Source of the DNA: a virus
Lineage: Duplodnaviria > Heunggongvirae > Uroviricota > Caudoviricetes
DNA: 64,000 nt
IMG/VR virus record: IMGVR_UViG_3300031555_005217
Location: 7,047 to 71,046 of that record
Strand: one strand, 5' to 3'
Numbering within the stretch: position 1 is the first letter of the stretch; every line of letters starts with the position of its first letter. The position numbers and the translations under genes were made by a program. This document shows positions 1-11,000 of the stretch, piece by piece. Under the pieces are notes generated by a model. It was given only the letters and a program-made list of their open reading frames with translations. It did not search any database and was not told the DNA's origin.

Positions 1-53
1 TCTTTTTTAGTATAACTTTCATTTTGAATTAATAATTCTTTATTTGTAATCAT
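1..53 (-). CDS. 5' end of a gene running off the window, likely baseplate J/wedge-like protein
   Basis: AGAAAGGA SD then ATG at 53; reads MITNKELLIQNESYTKK. The SYTxKD start and the position after the gp25-like gene suggest baseplate J. Confidence 0.45.
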   Translation of the reverse strand, partial: MITNKELLIQNESYTKK

Positions 54-67
54 ACTAATCTCCTTTC

Positions 68-445
68 TTATTCTTGATCATCTTCAAATAAAACTAAGTT
101 ATATGTATCTCATTCATAATTAGCTTTATTAATAGCTTTAAATGAGCAATATAACTTAGCTTTTTCTTTATCTTGAATAATTTTAATATCTTTTCTGTTA
201 ACTTTTAATTGCGGCATAAATACAGCAAGTTGAGTATAAATTTCATCTATAATTATATCCTTTAAAACATAATTATTTTGTTCAAATAAATATCTTTTTA
301 ATCTTATTCCAAAAAAAGGATCCCCAAACAATTCTCCTTTTTCTGATTTTAAAACTAATAAAGCATTTTGTTTTGTTGCATCTAAATCTGTAACCATACG
401 TGAAGAATTAGAATTGAACATTTTTGGAAATTCAAAACTTTTCAT
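68..445 (-). CDS. Baseplate wedge protein, gp25/GPW-like (1 in-frame TGA)
   Basis: KGELFGDPFFGIRLKRYLFEQ gp25-type motif; GAGGTG SD before ATG 445; reading TGA 110-112 as W extends the frame to TAA 68-70. Confidence 0.75.
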
Positions 446-495
446 AAGACACCTCACTTAGTATAATATTATAAAATTTTAAATTATACCTAATT

Positions 496-503
496 AATTT
501 AGC
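496..503 (-). promoter_or_regulatory. GCTAAATT late-promoter-like motif
   Basis: Identical 8-mer recurs 25-50 nt upstream of seven minus-strand late genes. Confidence 0.6.
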
Positions 504-511
504 ATAAATAA

Positions 512-537
512 AAAGAGGTTATTTGCCTAACCTCTTT
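512..537 (-). terminator. Intrinsic terminator after the GT2 gene
   Basis: AAAGAGGTTA/TAACCTCTTT 10-bp stem followed by a T-rich tract on the minus strand. Confidence 0.7.
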
Positions 538-1537
538 AATCTTCTGAAATATTATATTTTTTAAATAAATTATTTTTAAATTCATTAAAAGAAACTTCTT
601 CTAAAGATAGTCTATTTAATTTTTTATAAAATCTATCTCTTAAAACTTCCATCATAATACATTTAGATTGATAAGAACTTACTTCTAATAAATATTTATA
701 TTTTTTATAGTAATCTATAAAAGCTTTTTCTACTTTTATTTTATCTTCAAGATTTTCATCTCAAACTTCTTTTCTTTGAAGCTCTAAATAAATTTCATAT
801 ATTTGAACAAAAGCATAATTAGCAGCATCTGATTTTTTATTTCTAAAAAGTAATTGTTTTACTAACTCTTCATTACTTAACATTTTTTCAGTATAAGTTT
901 GAATAGTTCATAAGTCTGAAGTTCTAGTTATACTTTCTTCTCTAAATTTCCATCAATATGTAATTTCTTCCATATCATATTTTTTAGGATTATATGATCA
1001 AGCTAAACGTACAAAATAAGAATCTTCATATAATTTAAGTTTTGAATTAAATCTAATATTATATTTATTTAAAAATTCAACTTTTCATATTTTTCCGTGA
1101 ATTCAAACATTTTCTTGAAAATAATTTTTATGGTATAAACATTCATTTAAATTATCTTCATTCATAATATCAGTAGTGAACTTAGAAGTTAATACATCAC
1201 AATTTTCCTTTTTTAATATTCTTAAAATATCTCATAAAGCATTAAGACGATAAAAAAGATCATCTCCATCACAGAACATTACATAAGGAGCTTTAACTTT
1301 TTCTAATCCTTTATTTCTAGCTCCACTTACTCCTGACCATTCTTCTATATGATATTCAATTTTAAAAGGATAATTAGGAAATAAAGAAGAATCTAAAATA
1401 CATTCATCTCCATCATTTATAATTAAGACGCCTATATCATTTCAATCTACATTTTGCTGCATAATTATACTATTTAAAAATCGTAATATGCAAGCATCTC
1501 CATCTTTATAATTAGTTAATACTATTTGTAAAAACAT
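536..1537 (-). CDS. Glycosyltransferase family 2 (GT-A), 333 aa, 5 in-frame TGA; absent from the ORF track
   Basis: MFLQIVLTNYK...LIINDGD...GVSGARNKGLE...YVMFCDGDD GT2 motifs; TGA at 1442, 1232, 998, 908 and 761 read as W; ends TAA 536-538. Confidence 0.85.
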
Positions 1538-1577
1538 TGAGTTCTTATTCCTTTCTTTAGTTTAAATAATTATACAA

Positions 1578-3020
1578 TTATTTATCTGAGCTTGATCCTC
1601 CTGATGAAGATCCTGAATAGTATGAAGAATTATAGAAAGAAGTATCAGTATACCATCCTCCGACATAAGTTCTAATAGTAGGTGATATAGTTGCTTTAGT
1701 TACTTTTCCTATAGGCAAATTGCTTTCAGAATGTAAACAAACAGAGAAAGTTAAAATTGCTTCCATCCACTTAGTTTGATCATAATGATCAGGATCTAAA
1801 AATTGGTTTGGAGATCCTAAACTTAAAGTAAAAGTGAAATATTCACCTGCACCTAGCAATTTATTTTTTACTTCATATCTATCTAAATGTTCTCATATAT
1901 ATTGTGTATCATCAGTACGTGATCCATCAGCAGCCAATCTATTATATCTAAAATAATCAGATAAGGTAAACATTCCAGAACAATAAAAATCTTTATCTTT
2001 ATTTTTACCTGTATTTTGTACTACTATTGAAACGTAACAATCATCATATGAAAATACTTCGTAATCAACAATACTTACTAATACATCAGGAGTCTGTTCT
2101 AATGCTATACCTGCAGATCCTAAAGCTGTACATAATAATAACATTGTATGTTGCATACTATTATTTGCTTGTGTTGCACTATTGGCAGCAGCTGTTGCTT
2201 TATTTGCAGCTGAAGCAGCACTATTTGAAGCTGAAGTAGCACTTGCAGCTGCTGCAGATGCTTTATTTGATGCAATTGTAGCATTTGAAGAAGCTTTCCC
2301 AGCTTCACTTGCTGCAGCATTTGCTGTTTCATTAGCTACATCTGCTGTATTTTTTGCTACATTAGCTGTTTCCATTGCAGTATTAGCAGTATTATTTGCC
2401 GCATTTGCTGTATCTGAGGCTGATTGAGCTGTAAATTCTGCTGTTTTAGCAACTTCATTAGCTGTATTAGCTGTTTCTTCAGCTACTTTTGCAGTTGATT
2501 CTGCAACATTAGCTGTTTCCATTGCTACATTAGATGTTTCATTAGCTACATCTGCCGTATTTTTTGCTACATTAGCTGTATTTGAAGCTACATCTGCTGT
2601 ATTTAAAGCTGTATTTGCAGTCGATTCTGCAACATTAGCTATTGTAGCTGCTTGATTAGCAATTATTTTAGCTTCATCAGCTAATATTTTTCCTTCAGCA
2701 GCTAATAGTTTTCCTTCAGCTGCAGCAGCTTCAGCTACTCTTGCTGTCACTTGAGCAACATTAGCTGTGTTTTGAGCTACGTCAGCTGTTGCTTGTGCAG
2801 TATTTGCAGCACTATGAGCTACATTAGCAGTTGATTGAGCAACATTAGCTGTTTCTTCAGCTACTTTCGCTGTAGCCTGAGCTGTATCAGCTGTAGCCTG
2901 AGCTGTTTCCGCCGCTTCCTGAGCTGCTCCTGCAGCTGCTTCAGTAGCATTTACAATTATATCTTGAATAGCTTTAAAATCTTTTAAGTTTTCTAAAGTT
3001 ACTAACTTAGCATTAGCCAT
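1578..3020 (-). CDS. Tail fibre-like protein with long Ala/Thr/Asn heptad repeats (480 aa, 1 TGA)
   Basis: Track ORFs 1893..3020 and 1578..1859 are in one frame joined by TGA 1893-1895; MANAKLVTLENLKDFK start; ANTA/ANVA heptads; tail-module context. Confidence 0.65.
2326..2579. repeat. 44-bp near-identical direct repeat pair (2326-2369 and 2536-2579) inside the heptad-repeat region
   Basis: gtttcattagctacatctgc(t/c)gtattttttgctacattagctgt occurs twice, 210 nt apart. Confidence 0.85.
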
Positions 3021-3060
3021 TTGTATCCTCCTTTAGATTTAAATATATTAATATCATTTA

Positions 3061-3068
3061 AATTTAGC
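3061..3068 (-). promoter_or_regulatory. GCTAAATT late-promoter-like motif
   Basis: About 40 nt upstream of the tail fibre ATG at 3020. Confidence 0.6.
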
Positions 3069-3069
3069 A

Positions 3070-3663
3070 TTAAAATAATCCTTTAATGTCTTCTTTAGTA
3101 GCTATATTTTCTGCTTCAACAAATTCTTCAGTAATCACTTCATCTGTTTCTATAGGTGATAATCCAAATAAACTTCTTATATCATTTACATTTGTTGTAG
3201 TGTAAATTCCTAACGAATTTTGATTTAATTTTTCTCCTATTTGAGCACTTGGAAGTAATACGTTTAATAATTCAGTAGTTTCTGTAATTATATCTAATGC
3301 TTCCTTTATTTTTTTAACACTATATTCTAATTCTGAATATGTGATATTTCCTATTTTAGTATCTTCGGATAATTCTGTAGATCCTGTAACTTTTAAATCT
3401 TTATTAAAACTATAATTAGAAGCATCTTCTGGAATTCCGGTAAATAATTTTCCTAAAATTATAGGTTTATTATATTCATAATTTTCAAATCCGACATACA
3501 CAACATCATTTAAAACGTAATTTTTAAAATTACCAGGTTCGTGACACACTGTCGCATCCGTTATAAATTGAGTAGAAACTCCTGCTACTTCAAATATAGG
3601 TATTCTTACTTTAATATTTCCTGTTACATAATCTATTGAGGTAATTATTGCTTTTTGTATCAT
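3070..3663 (-). CDS. Baseplate spike / gp5-gpV N-terminal OB-fold-like protein
   Basis: KAIITSIDYVTGNIKVRIP...NDVVYVGFENYEYNKPIILGKL pattern; baseplate context. Confidence 0.6.
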   Translation of the reverse strand: MIQKAIITSIDYVTGNIKVRIPIFEVAGVSTQFITDATVCHEPGNFKNYVLNDVVYVGFENYEYNKPIILGKLFTGIPEDASNYSFNKDLKVTGSTELSEDTKIGNITYSELEYSVKKIKEALDIITETTELLNVLLPSAQIGEKLNQNSLGIYTTTNVNDIRSLFGLSPIETDEVITEEFVEAENIATKEDIKGLF

Positions 3664-3681
3664 TATAAATTCCTCCTATTT

Positions 3682-5010
3682 TTACATAGATGTTTTACTA
3701 GTATATGATGTATTTGTTATTGTTGAAAAATCATTCATTGGCGCAACTCTAGTTAAAGTTAATGTTGTTTTATATCCTCTTGTACTAATAGAATCTTGTT
3801 GTTTTGTTACAATGTATAGTCCTGAAGATATATGTTTATTTCCAAAAAATAAAACTTTTAAATTTACATATTGCATTAATGTAGCAGGACGTAATAAACC
3901 TTTTAAGGTAACAGTTGCTGTTATAGGATATTGAGTGATTTTACTTCATCAAACATTTTCAGCAGTGTTACTTAAACCATTTTTTGTTTGAGCACCTATT
4001 CTTGGAGAATATTCTTCTTCTCATTCACCTTTATCATTTAATCTAAGAACATATTCAGTAGAACTTAATTCTTTTTGATAATCATAATATATAGAATAAT
4101 TTTCATTATTTTCTATTGAAAAACTTGTTATAATATTTTGAGTAGGATATCCTATTATTAATTCGTAAGCATCTGCATGTTGAATACTTTTTGATACTTT
4201 AGTAATTTTAAAATAAGGTCCACCCAAATATTTTAAATTACTTCCATTTATATTTTGACCATCTACATCATCGTGAATAGTTAAAACGTAAAATGTGTTT
4301 TGTTTATTATTATTGCTGGAAGCTCCTTCAGGAATCATACATCCAACTAAATAATTTAAATATTCTAAAGGAGACATTCCTATTTTAGCATCTATTTTTA
4401 CAGCTTTATCATCTGCAGCAATTAAACCTAATTGATTTACTATTGCCATATTATTCATTCCATAAAATAGGTCTTTTAGTCCATAGTCTTGATTTTGTAA
4501 AATCTTTTTTATAACATTACTAGGTTTTTCTGAAGAATATGCTTCTCCTACAACAGAACCACTATATCCTAATTGTGCTGATGAAGTAGCTTGAACAGTA
4601 TAAGATATTTTAGAGTTTTGAATATCAAATTGACTCGTAATATTTGTTATTATAGCTTGTTCATTTTTATAAATATATGAAGGTAAGCTAACATCTCCAT
4701 AGGAAAAAATTATTTTTCTGCTCTTTCCTATTGAACTAAATACTTTTTCAAAGAAATTAGGATCATCTCCTGGACGTATAGGATAAATTAAATTTAATGT
4801 GTATTTATTTACTTGTCCATTTATTTTTACTATATCTAAACTTTGAACATAATTAGGATACTTTATTGAAGCTTGTTTATAAAATCCGTTATTTCCTTGA
4901 ACAACAGCACTTTCTTTATTATATACTCCAAAAGTATAGTCTCCTATTGTTATTTTAATAAAAGGGACTTCTATTCTAGTAGTCCCTCCAAGTAATGATA
5001 TATTTGCCAT
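3682..5010 (-). CDS. Baseplate hub protein (gp27/gpD-like), 442 aa, 3 TGA including a tandem TGA-TGA
   Basis: Track ORFs 4021..5010 and 3682..3876 share a frame; bridge reads ...NVWWSKITQYPITATVTLKGLLRP...; C-terminal SGLYIVTKQQDSIS..GYKTTLTL hub motif. Confidence 0.7.
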
Positions 5011-5336
5011 TATCTTTCAGCTCCAAACTCAATTCCTGCTATTTGAGGAATTTTTAATGTTTTATAGTTATCAACTAGATTTATAAAAGAATCTTGAATA
5101 TCATTAAAATATGCTATAGCTCAATATAATGTAGGATTATTATAATATTTTAAAGCTAAAGAATCTAATGTATCTGTTTGAGTAACTTTATGTGATATAT
5201 ATGAAGTTTCTTTAGATAAAGGAGTACCTGTACCATAAACATATTTTTCATCTAAAGTATTATAATAATACGGAACTGTAGTATATCTACAAGTATATGA
5301 ATATACTTCATATTTTTTATCTTTTAATATATCCAT
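5010..5336 (-). CDS. LysM-like tail/baseplate protein (gpX/gp53-like), 1 TGA
   Basis: HKVTQTDTLDSLALKYYNNPTLY-W-AIAYFN, where TGA sits at the conserved W; TAATG overlap with the hub gene. Confidence 0.75.
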
Positions 5337-5340
5337 ATAC

Positions 5341-5952
5341 TTATTCCTCCAATCTAAAGAAATCTTTCATTGTTCTTGTTAATCCTCTAAATCCACCTTG
5401 TTCAGCTATTGTAGTAGCATCATAAGGATCAGTTTCATAAATTGTAAAACTTATATCTACTTTTGCATAAGTACCATCTCTTAAAATAGGTTTCATATAG
5501 TTAACACCTACTGAACCTGAAACAATACCTTTAATAAATATTTGATCACAAAATCTTATAGCAACTAAAGGAGGTTCAACTAATTTATTTTTTAAATTAT
5601 ATTTAGGAACGGCTATTGATTGCAATTTTTTAATAAAAGTATCTAAATAATCATCACCTAATTCAGGAATTAAATTAGACTTTCCTTCATTTGCTTGTTG
5701 CATTAAATCTCTATGTAAATTTAAAGTTATTTGCATTGAACGAGGTCCTGAATTACTATATGTAAAAACTGGAGCTGTTCTAGATAATGCATTTGTTTGA
5801 TCAAATGTTGAATTCATTGAATCACTTATAGAATCAGGATAATTAGGTAAGAATAATCATTTCTCATCTTCATCTCCATCTAAATGAGATATATAAATAT
5901 AATTATCTTTTAAATTTCAATCTCTGCTATAAGTCGTATATTTATTTGACAT
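5341..5952 (-). CDS. Tail tube initiator / baseplate protein, 2 TGA
   Basis: ATG 5952 after an AGGAGGA SD; open through two TGA into track ORF 5341..5817; LPNYPDSISDS and PPLVAIRF motifs. Confidence 0.6.
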
Positions 5953-5954
5953 TA

Positions 5955-7394
5955 TTAGTCCTCCTTATAAATATCATATTCATTTCCTAAAGCTTTTTCT
6001 ACATCTTTATCCATATAACCTAAAATATCAAATTTATCTTGAAGTAGATTTTTATTTTTAGCGATTGAATATAAACATCCTTTATAAACATCATCTCAAA
6101 TTCCTTTTTTACTAGGTAGATATGTTAAAGCTCCAATTTCTTTTTTAGCTTTTTGTTCTTCAATTAAACTTTTATTTTTTCTGTTTATTTTATCTTTATT
6201 TAATAAATTATATTGAATTCTTTTTATGTTGTCAGAAATATCCTCATTATTTGTTACAACATTTTCTAATAGATATTCTATTAATCTATTTGAAAAAGGA
6301 ACTGTTATTCCTGAGTTAAAGAAGGTTAATTGAGATTTACTTGGAAGATTTAATTTAGATAAATCATTAAAATTATTATCTTCATCTTTAAAATTAATTT
6401 TATAATCAGAATATGAAGTATTTAAAGCATCAGTTATATAATCATATTTATTAATTTCAATTCCTTCAGTACCTGCTAAAGGTAATGTTTTACTTTCCGT
6501 TTTTACATACTTTCCTTTAAAAATTTTACCATTATTTATATTATGATCTCCTTCTAATACTACAATAGAACTTAAACTATCTTTAGATACTTTAATTACT
6601 AATTTTAAATCTCTTTCATAATTTATATAATCTTCCATTGTAAAATATTTAGTAGTTTGCGAATTTAAGATGCTTTTTAGCTCTTTTAATAAAGAATATT
6701 TAAAAGGTTTATCAAATACACTACTACTTATTTTTTGATATGTTAATGAGCTTAAATTATCATTTACATTTAAAGTATAATGTCTTTTTCCATATAAACA
6801 ACAACATATTTCTAAAGGTAAAGTTGAATCTATAGAAATCATATAATCTTCAAAAAATTTAACTGGAATTAAATAGTATTTATAATTAGCTTGTTCAGAA
6901 TTAAATTGAGAATATATATTATTTCCATTTGAGTCTAAGTTAGGTGTTTTAACATTAAAATTTAAATTTCTAGGTAATTCATCTGTAAAACAGTTATACA
7001 TAGACATTAAATTTAACTTATTATAATCTCTTAAGTATCTTAAATATTCTCCTAAATAAATATGAGTATCTTTATCATATATTAAATTTTTATTATTAAA
7101 GGTACGAGTAAAATTATTATAATGAGTATTATATTTAAAGTATTGAATTTCTTTGAATACAGGAGGTTTTATTTCCGTTATTATCGTTTCTTTTCATGTA
7201 TTTTCATCAATATTTTTTGTAGTTATAATTTCTTGTTCTGATTCACATTTTACAATATAATCATCTTTTAAATATATAACATTTTTAATGCAATCTTCAT
7301 CATTTTTATATATTTTAATTGTAGGAATAGGAGTGGAGCTTAAAAGCTCCTTTAAGAATCCTACAAATATGTTATTATCATTAAATTTTATCAT
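5955..7394 (-). CDS. Tail-module protein of unknown function (479 aa, 2 TGA)
   Basis: Track ORFs 7194..7394 and 6096..7007 are one frame joined and extended by TGA 7194 and 6096; ends TAA 5955. Confidence 0.7.
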
Positions 7395-7417
7395 TTAATT
7401 TCTTTAACCTCCTTATT

Positions 7418-9577
7418 TTAATTAAATCCAGGAAGTCCTGATTCTAATCCTGCCATTCTAACATAGAATGCTGAAGAACCATCAACTACTGCATTAAATA
7501 ATTCATGCATTTGAGTTATAATATCATAAACATCGTTTAATGATACACTATCATTTTCTTCTTCTGCTTGTACACTTAAATCATTTTTCTGATCATCAAC
7601 ATTAGCCATTTCAGCATCCATTGCATCATCTCCAGAACTATTTCCTACATAATTTGTAGTAGATGTTTGAATAGTGCTTGAATTATTAGTTAAACTAAAT
7701 CCTCCAACACCTCTAGTTACACTTCTTAATCTTTCAGAACTATTAGTACTCATAGTATCTAACATTCCACTGACATTACCTGCGTTTCCTAGCGCACCTA
7801 CTAAATCTCCAATAGATCCAAGTAAAGATCCTGATAGAGCTCCTACTTTCATTAAGTCTGCTACAGTAGTTTCTAAGTCAACCATGTTACCCATAACTGA
7901 AATACTAGGAATTCCAATTCCACCTACTAAATCATCTAACATATTAGAAGCACTTCAAATACCATATAAAGCAGGATTTGATGCAATTCCTTCTGATAAT
8001 GTATATTGGAAATTTTCTAAAGCATTATTCATAATTTCTCCGACTGACATACGAGAAGCATAACTTCCCATCATACTTCTTGTCATATTAGTAGCAGAAG
8101 AATAATTATATTCATTACCATATTTTGTTATATCAGTTATATCATTACTTAAATTAACTGCTGCCATTATATCTGATGTTTGTAATCCATATAATTGAGC
8201 AACTTGAGATTGAACAACATTATTTCTAGTAGCAATAGTTTGTAAATAATAAACCATAGATTTCATTAAGTTGTTCATATCAGATCCATCTAATCCATTT
8301 ACTAACATTTCTGAAAGATTCATTCCTGATTGAGCAGCTGCCATTGTTAATAATTTACCTGCACCTGAATCTAATGAATCAATATTACCACTAGCTAATC
8401 CACCTAAAGCTTCTGCAATAGAAGATACTCCTGATTGAGACATTCCTACAGAATATAATGAACCTAACCATTTTTGTGCTTGGAATTCAAATCCAATACT
8501 ATCTTTATAATCCATTAAAGAAGTTGCTTGATATAAAGCTGAAGTTACACTATCTGATACATTTGATAAATATTCAGTATTTTGGTATTCCTCATTTAAA
8601 AACTTATTTAAAGTAGCTTCCATACCTAAACGAGCTTCGGTTGAATCTGCTTGTTGAACTCTTATTATTTCTAATAATGTAGAATCAAAAGCATCAAAGG
8701 TTGTAGCAATATTTTCAGAAACTGTAGCTAAGAAAGCTCTTTCCTCTAAATTATAAGAAATACCTTTATCAATAGCTTCATTTAATTTTTTCATTACATC
8801 AGCTTGTTTAACAAGTCCTGATGCTCCAATTGATTTACTAACTAAATCAGAAATACTTGAATGTCCTTTTCCACTTCCGAAAAGTCTTGTATCCCAATCT
8901 GATTTATAACTTGCTATTTCTTCAATAGTTGAATTTAATTTATTTACTAGATCAGCTGTTTTATTAGCTATATTATCTAAAGCTTTTACAACTCCAGCTC
9001 CTCCAGTATTTCCTCCAGCTAATTGACCTACAAGACCTTTAGTAAGATCTTTTAATCCTTCTTTTATATTACCTGAAAATAATTCTGATAATCCAACATC
9101 TGTTTGATCTTTAGCTATATTTAAATTTTCTTGTGCTTTTTGTTTAGAAGCATCTATCTTATCTTTTTTAGATTGAACTTGCTTTTTATTATCATCTTGT
9201 TTAATCTTTTTAATTTCTTCTTTTTGCTTTTTTATTTCAGCTTTTAAATTTTTCTTTTCTTCTTCACTATTAGTTGCTTCAGCTTGAGCTTGTAATGCTT
9301 TAATTTCTTTAATTTTTTCAGCTACTTCTTGCATTTGTAAAGCATGTTGTGATTCTTTTAAATTAGCTTCTTCCTGCAATTTTTGTTGTGCTTTAATAGC
9401 TGCTAAACGTTCTTTTTGCAATTCAAATAAAGCTTTATTATTTTCTTTATTCTCTGTATTTATCTTATTAATTTCTAAAGATGCTTTCTTTAAGTTTTCA
9501 AGATATTCAGTTCATGCTTCTGTAAAATCTTTTCCGGAAAATAAATTTTCATCTTGATCTCTCAAATTATCAGCCAT
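7418..9577 (-). CDS. Tape measure protein (719 aa, 2 TGA)
   Basis: GGAGGT SD and ATG 9577; coiled-coil N-terminus and G/A/S-rich helical body; joined across TGA 9512-9514 and 7955-7957; lies downstream of the chaperone-like gene. Confidence 0.7.
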
Positions 9578-9622
9578 AAGGTTACCTCCAATCTTTAAAA
9601 ATATTTTTTTACTAATATATTG

Positions 9623-9630
9623 AATTTAGC
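9623..9630 (-). promoter_or_regulatory. GCTAAATT late-promoter-like motif
   Basis: About 45 nt upstream of the tape measure ATG. Confidence 0.6.
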
Positions 9631-9635
9631 AGTAA

Positions 9636-9908
9636 TTAAGAATTTAACCTTTTATTTTTCTTAGCTTTAGCTTCTTTTTTAATTTTATCCATTTGCTCTT
9701 TACTTCTTTCATTTTCTTCTATAATTAAATTTAATAAGATATGTTTTTCACTTGGAGTTATATTAAGAAGATCTGTATAAGAAGTATGTAGATTTTTAGC
9801 TATTACATATAATTCTTTTACTATTTGTTTATATCTATGAGGGCCATAATCTTTACCGTCTTTAGTCTTCTTTGGGTCTAAAAAACTCTGGCCCGAATCG
9901 AAAAAAGG
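9636..9908 (-). CDS. Start-less ORF in the +1 frame of the chaperone gene (probable frameshift extension, gp51/GT-like)
   Basis: 90 sense codons between TAA 9909-9911 and TAA 9636-9638; reads ...DGKDYGPHRYKQIVKELYVIAKNLHTSYTDLLNITPSEKHILL...; no ATG/GTG/TTG until near its end. Confidence 0.6.
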   Translation of the reverse strand, partial: PFFDSGQSFLDPKKTKDGKDYGPHRYKQIVKELYVIAKNLHTSYTDLLNITPSEKHILLNLIIEENERSKEQMDKIKKEAKAKKNKRLNS

Positions 9909-10623
9909 TTAATATATTTCCACCACATTTATCACAAGTTAAGTTAAGTTTAGTATCTAAACCAAAAAATGCACTTGCCGCATCTATTTTATTTATAATA
10001 TAATTATAATCTCTAGCAGATAATGCATTTACATAATTTTCCATCTCTGCATATCCTAATTTTCTACCATCAACTGTATCAATCATTTCTTGTAATTTAA
10101 TTAAAGGTGTAGGATCTAAATTAAAATTTGGATTTTCTTTTTTAAATTCTTTTATTTTAAAATCTATATTATCTGCTATTCTAGGAGTTTTTATTTTAAG
10201 TTTTATATTACGTTTAGAAGCAGGTAACTCAAAAGATAATAATTCATTAAATTTATCTTCATCATAATCTTTAATTTTTAAAGAATCTAAATCAATTTTA
10301 GAATTATATACAGCATCACAATGAGGACATCCTACAACCATTTTATATTCAGGTCCGTAAGTAACAACTCTTAGTTTATGTAATAAATACTCGTAATCTG
10401 CCATACACATATCATAGCAAGATATAGGTAATTTAGTTAATAAACAATCATCTATAATTTCACACAAATTTTTATAAATATATTGGGAATTAGATGTTCT
10501 TTTCATTTCATCTCTTACTGTCATACTTCTTAATTTAATTCTAGGATCAAAACTATTTTTATATATTCTTGCTTTTGATGGAAGAGTGTAGTCTTCACAA
10601 ATAGTATATTCTATATTACTCAT
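9862..10623 (-). CDS. Tail assembly chaperone / T4 gp26-like baseplate hub assembly protein
   Basis: TLPSKARIY..., DYEYLLHKLRVVTYG, two CxxC motifs (CPHC, CDKC); position between tube and tape measure. Confidence 0.7.
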   Translation of the reverse strand: MSNIEYTICEDYTLPSKARIYKNSFDPRIKLRSMTVRDEMKRTSNSQYIYKNLCEIIDDCLLTKLPISCYDMCMADYEYLLHKLRVVTYGPEYKMVVGCPHCDAVYNSKIDLDSLKIKDYDEDKFNELLSFELPASKRNIKLKIKTPRIADNIDFKIKEFKKENPNFNLDPTPLIKLQEMIDTVDGRKLGYAEMENYVNALSARDYNYIINKIDAASAFFGLDTKLNLTCDKCGGNILTFFRFGPEFFRPKED

Positions 10624-10906
10624 CGTATCCTCTCTCCTTTTGTAAATAATAACGTCTAATATAATCTTTTATAATCATAGCAATAATATCTGGAATAGAA
10701 CAAGAATAAGTATATCTTAATTTTTCTAATTCCATTTTAGTAGTTTCATCTAAATTAACGAATATTCTACTATTATCTTCAGATAAGTGTTCATTCAAAA
10801 TATTTCTTATAAATGCTGACATTGATATATCACTATCAAAAGATTCTTTTTTTAGCCTTTGACGTAATGTCTCAGGAATTTCTAATGCAATTATTCTTTT
10901 ATTCAT
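10616..10906 (-). CDS. Tandem ribbon-helix-helix (CopG/Arc-like) DNA-binding protein
   Basis: RIIALEIPETLRQRLKKES...SMSAFIRNILNE and a second RHH-like unit IFVNLDETTKMELEKL...SIPDIIAMII. Confidence 0.6.
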   Translation of the reverse strand: MNKRIIALEIPETLRQRLKKESFDSDISMSAFIRNILNEHLSEDNSRIFVNLDETTKMELEKLRYTYSCSIPDIIAMIIKDYIRRYYLQKERGYDE

Positions 10907-10934
10907 ATTATTTAATCATTCCTTTCATACATTA

Positions 10935-10942
10935 AATTTAGC
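10935..10942 (-). promoter_or_regulatory. GCTAAATT late-promoter-like motif
   Basis: About 28 nt upstream of the RHH gene ATG. Confidence 0.6.
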
Positions 10943-10976
10943 TTTTTATAATTTTATAATTTTTTAATTCAAAAAG

Positions 10977-11000
10977 AAAAGAGGATATTAATCCTCTTTT
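10977..11000 (-). terminator. Intrinsic terminator at the end of the tail tube gene
   Basis: AAAAGAGGAT-atta-ATCCTCTTTT perfect stem followed by a T-tract on the minus strand. Confidence 0.75.

Noticed and set aside
2027-2427. Track ORFs 2027..2239(+), 2120..2332(-) and 2182..2427(+)
   Set aside because: These are alternative-frame or antisense shadows of the GCN/ACN-rich heptad repeat of the tail fibre.
2326-2579. CRISPR-like or DGR template/variable repeat pair
   Set aside because: Only two copies, in frame within a coding heptad repeat, differing by one synonymous base. No reverse transcriptase and no adenine-specific differences.
7674-8063. Plus-strand 129-aa ORF
   Set aside because: Antisense shadow of the tape measure gene; no SD and no recognisable motif.
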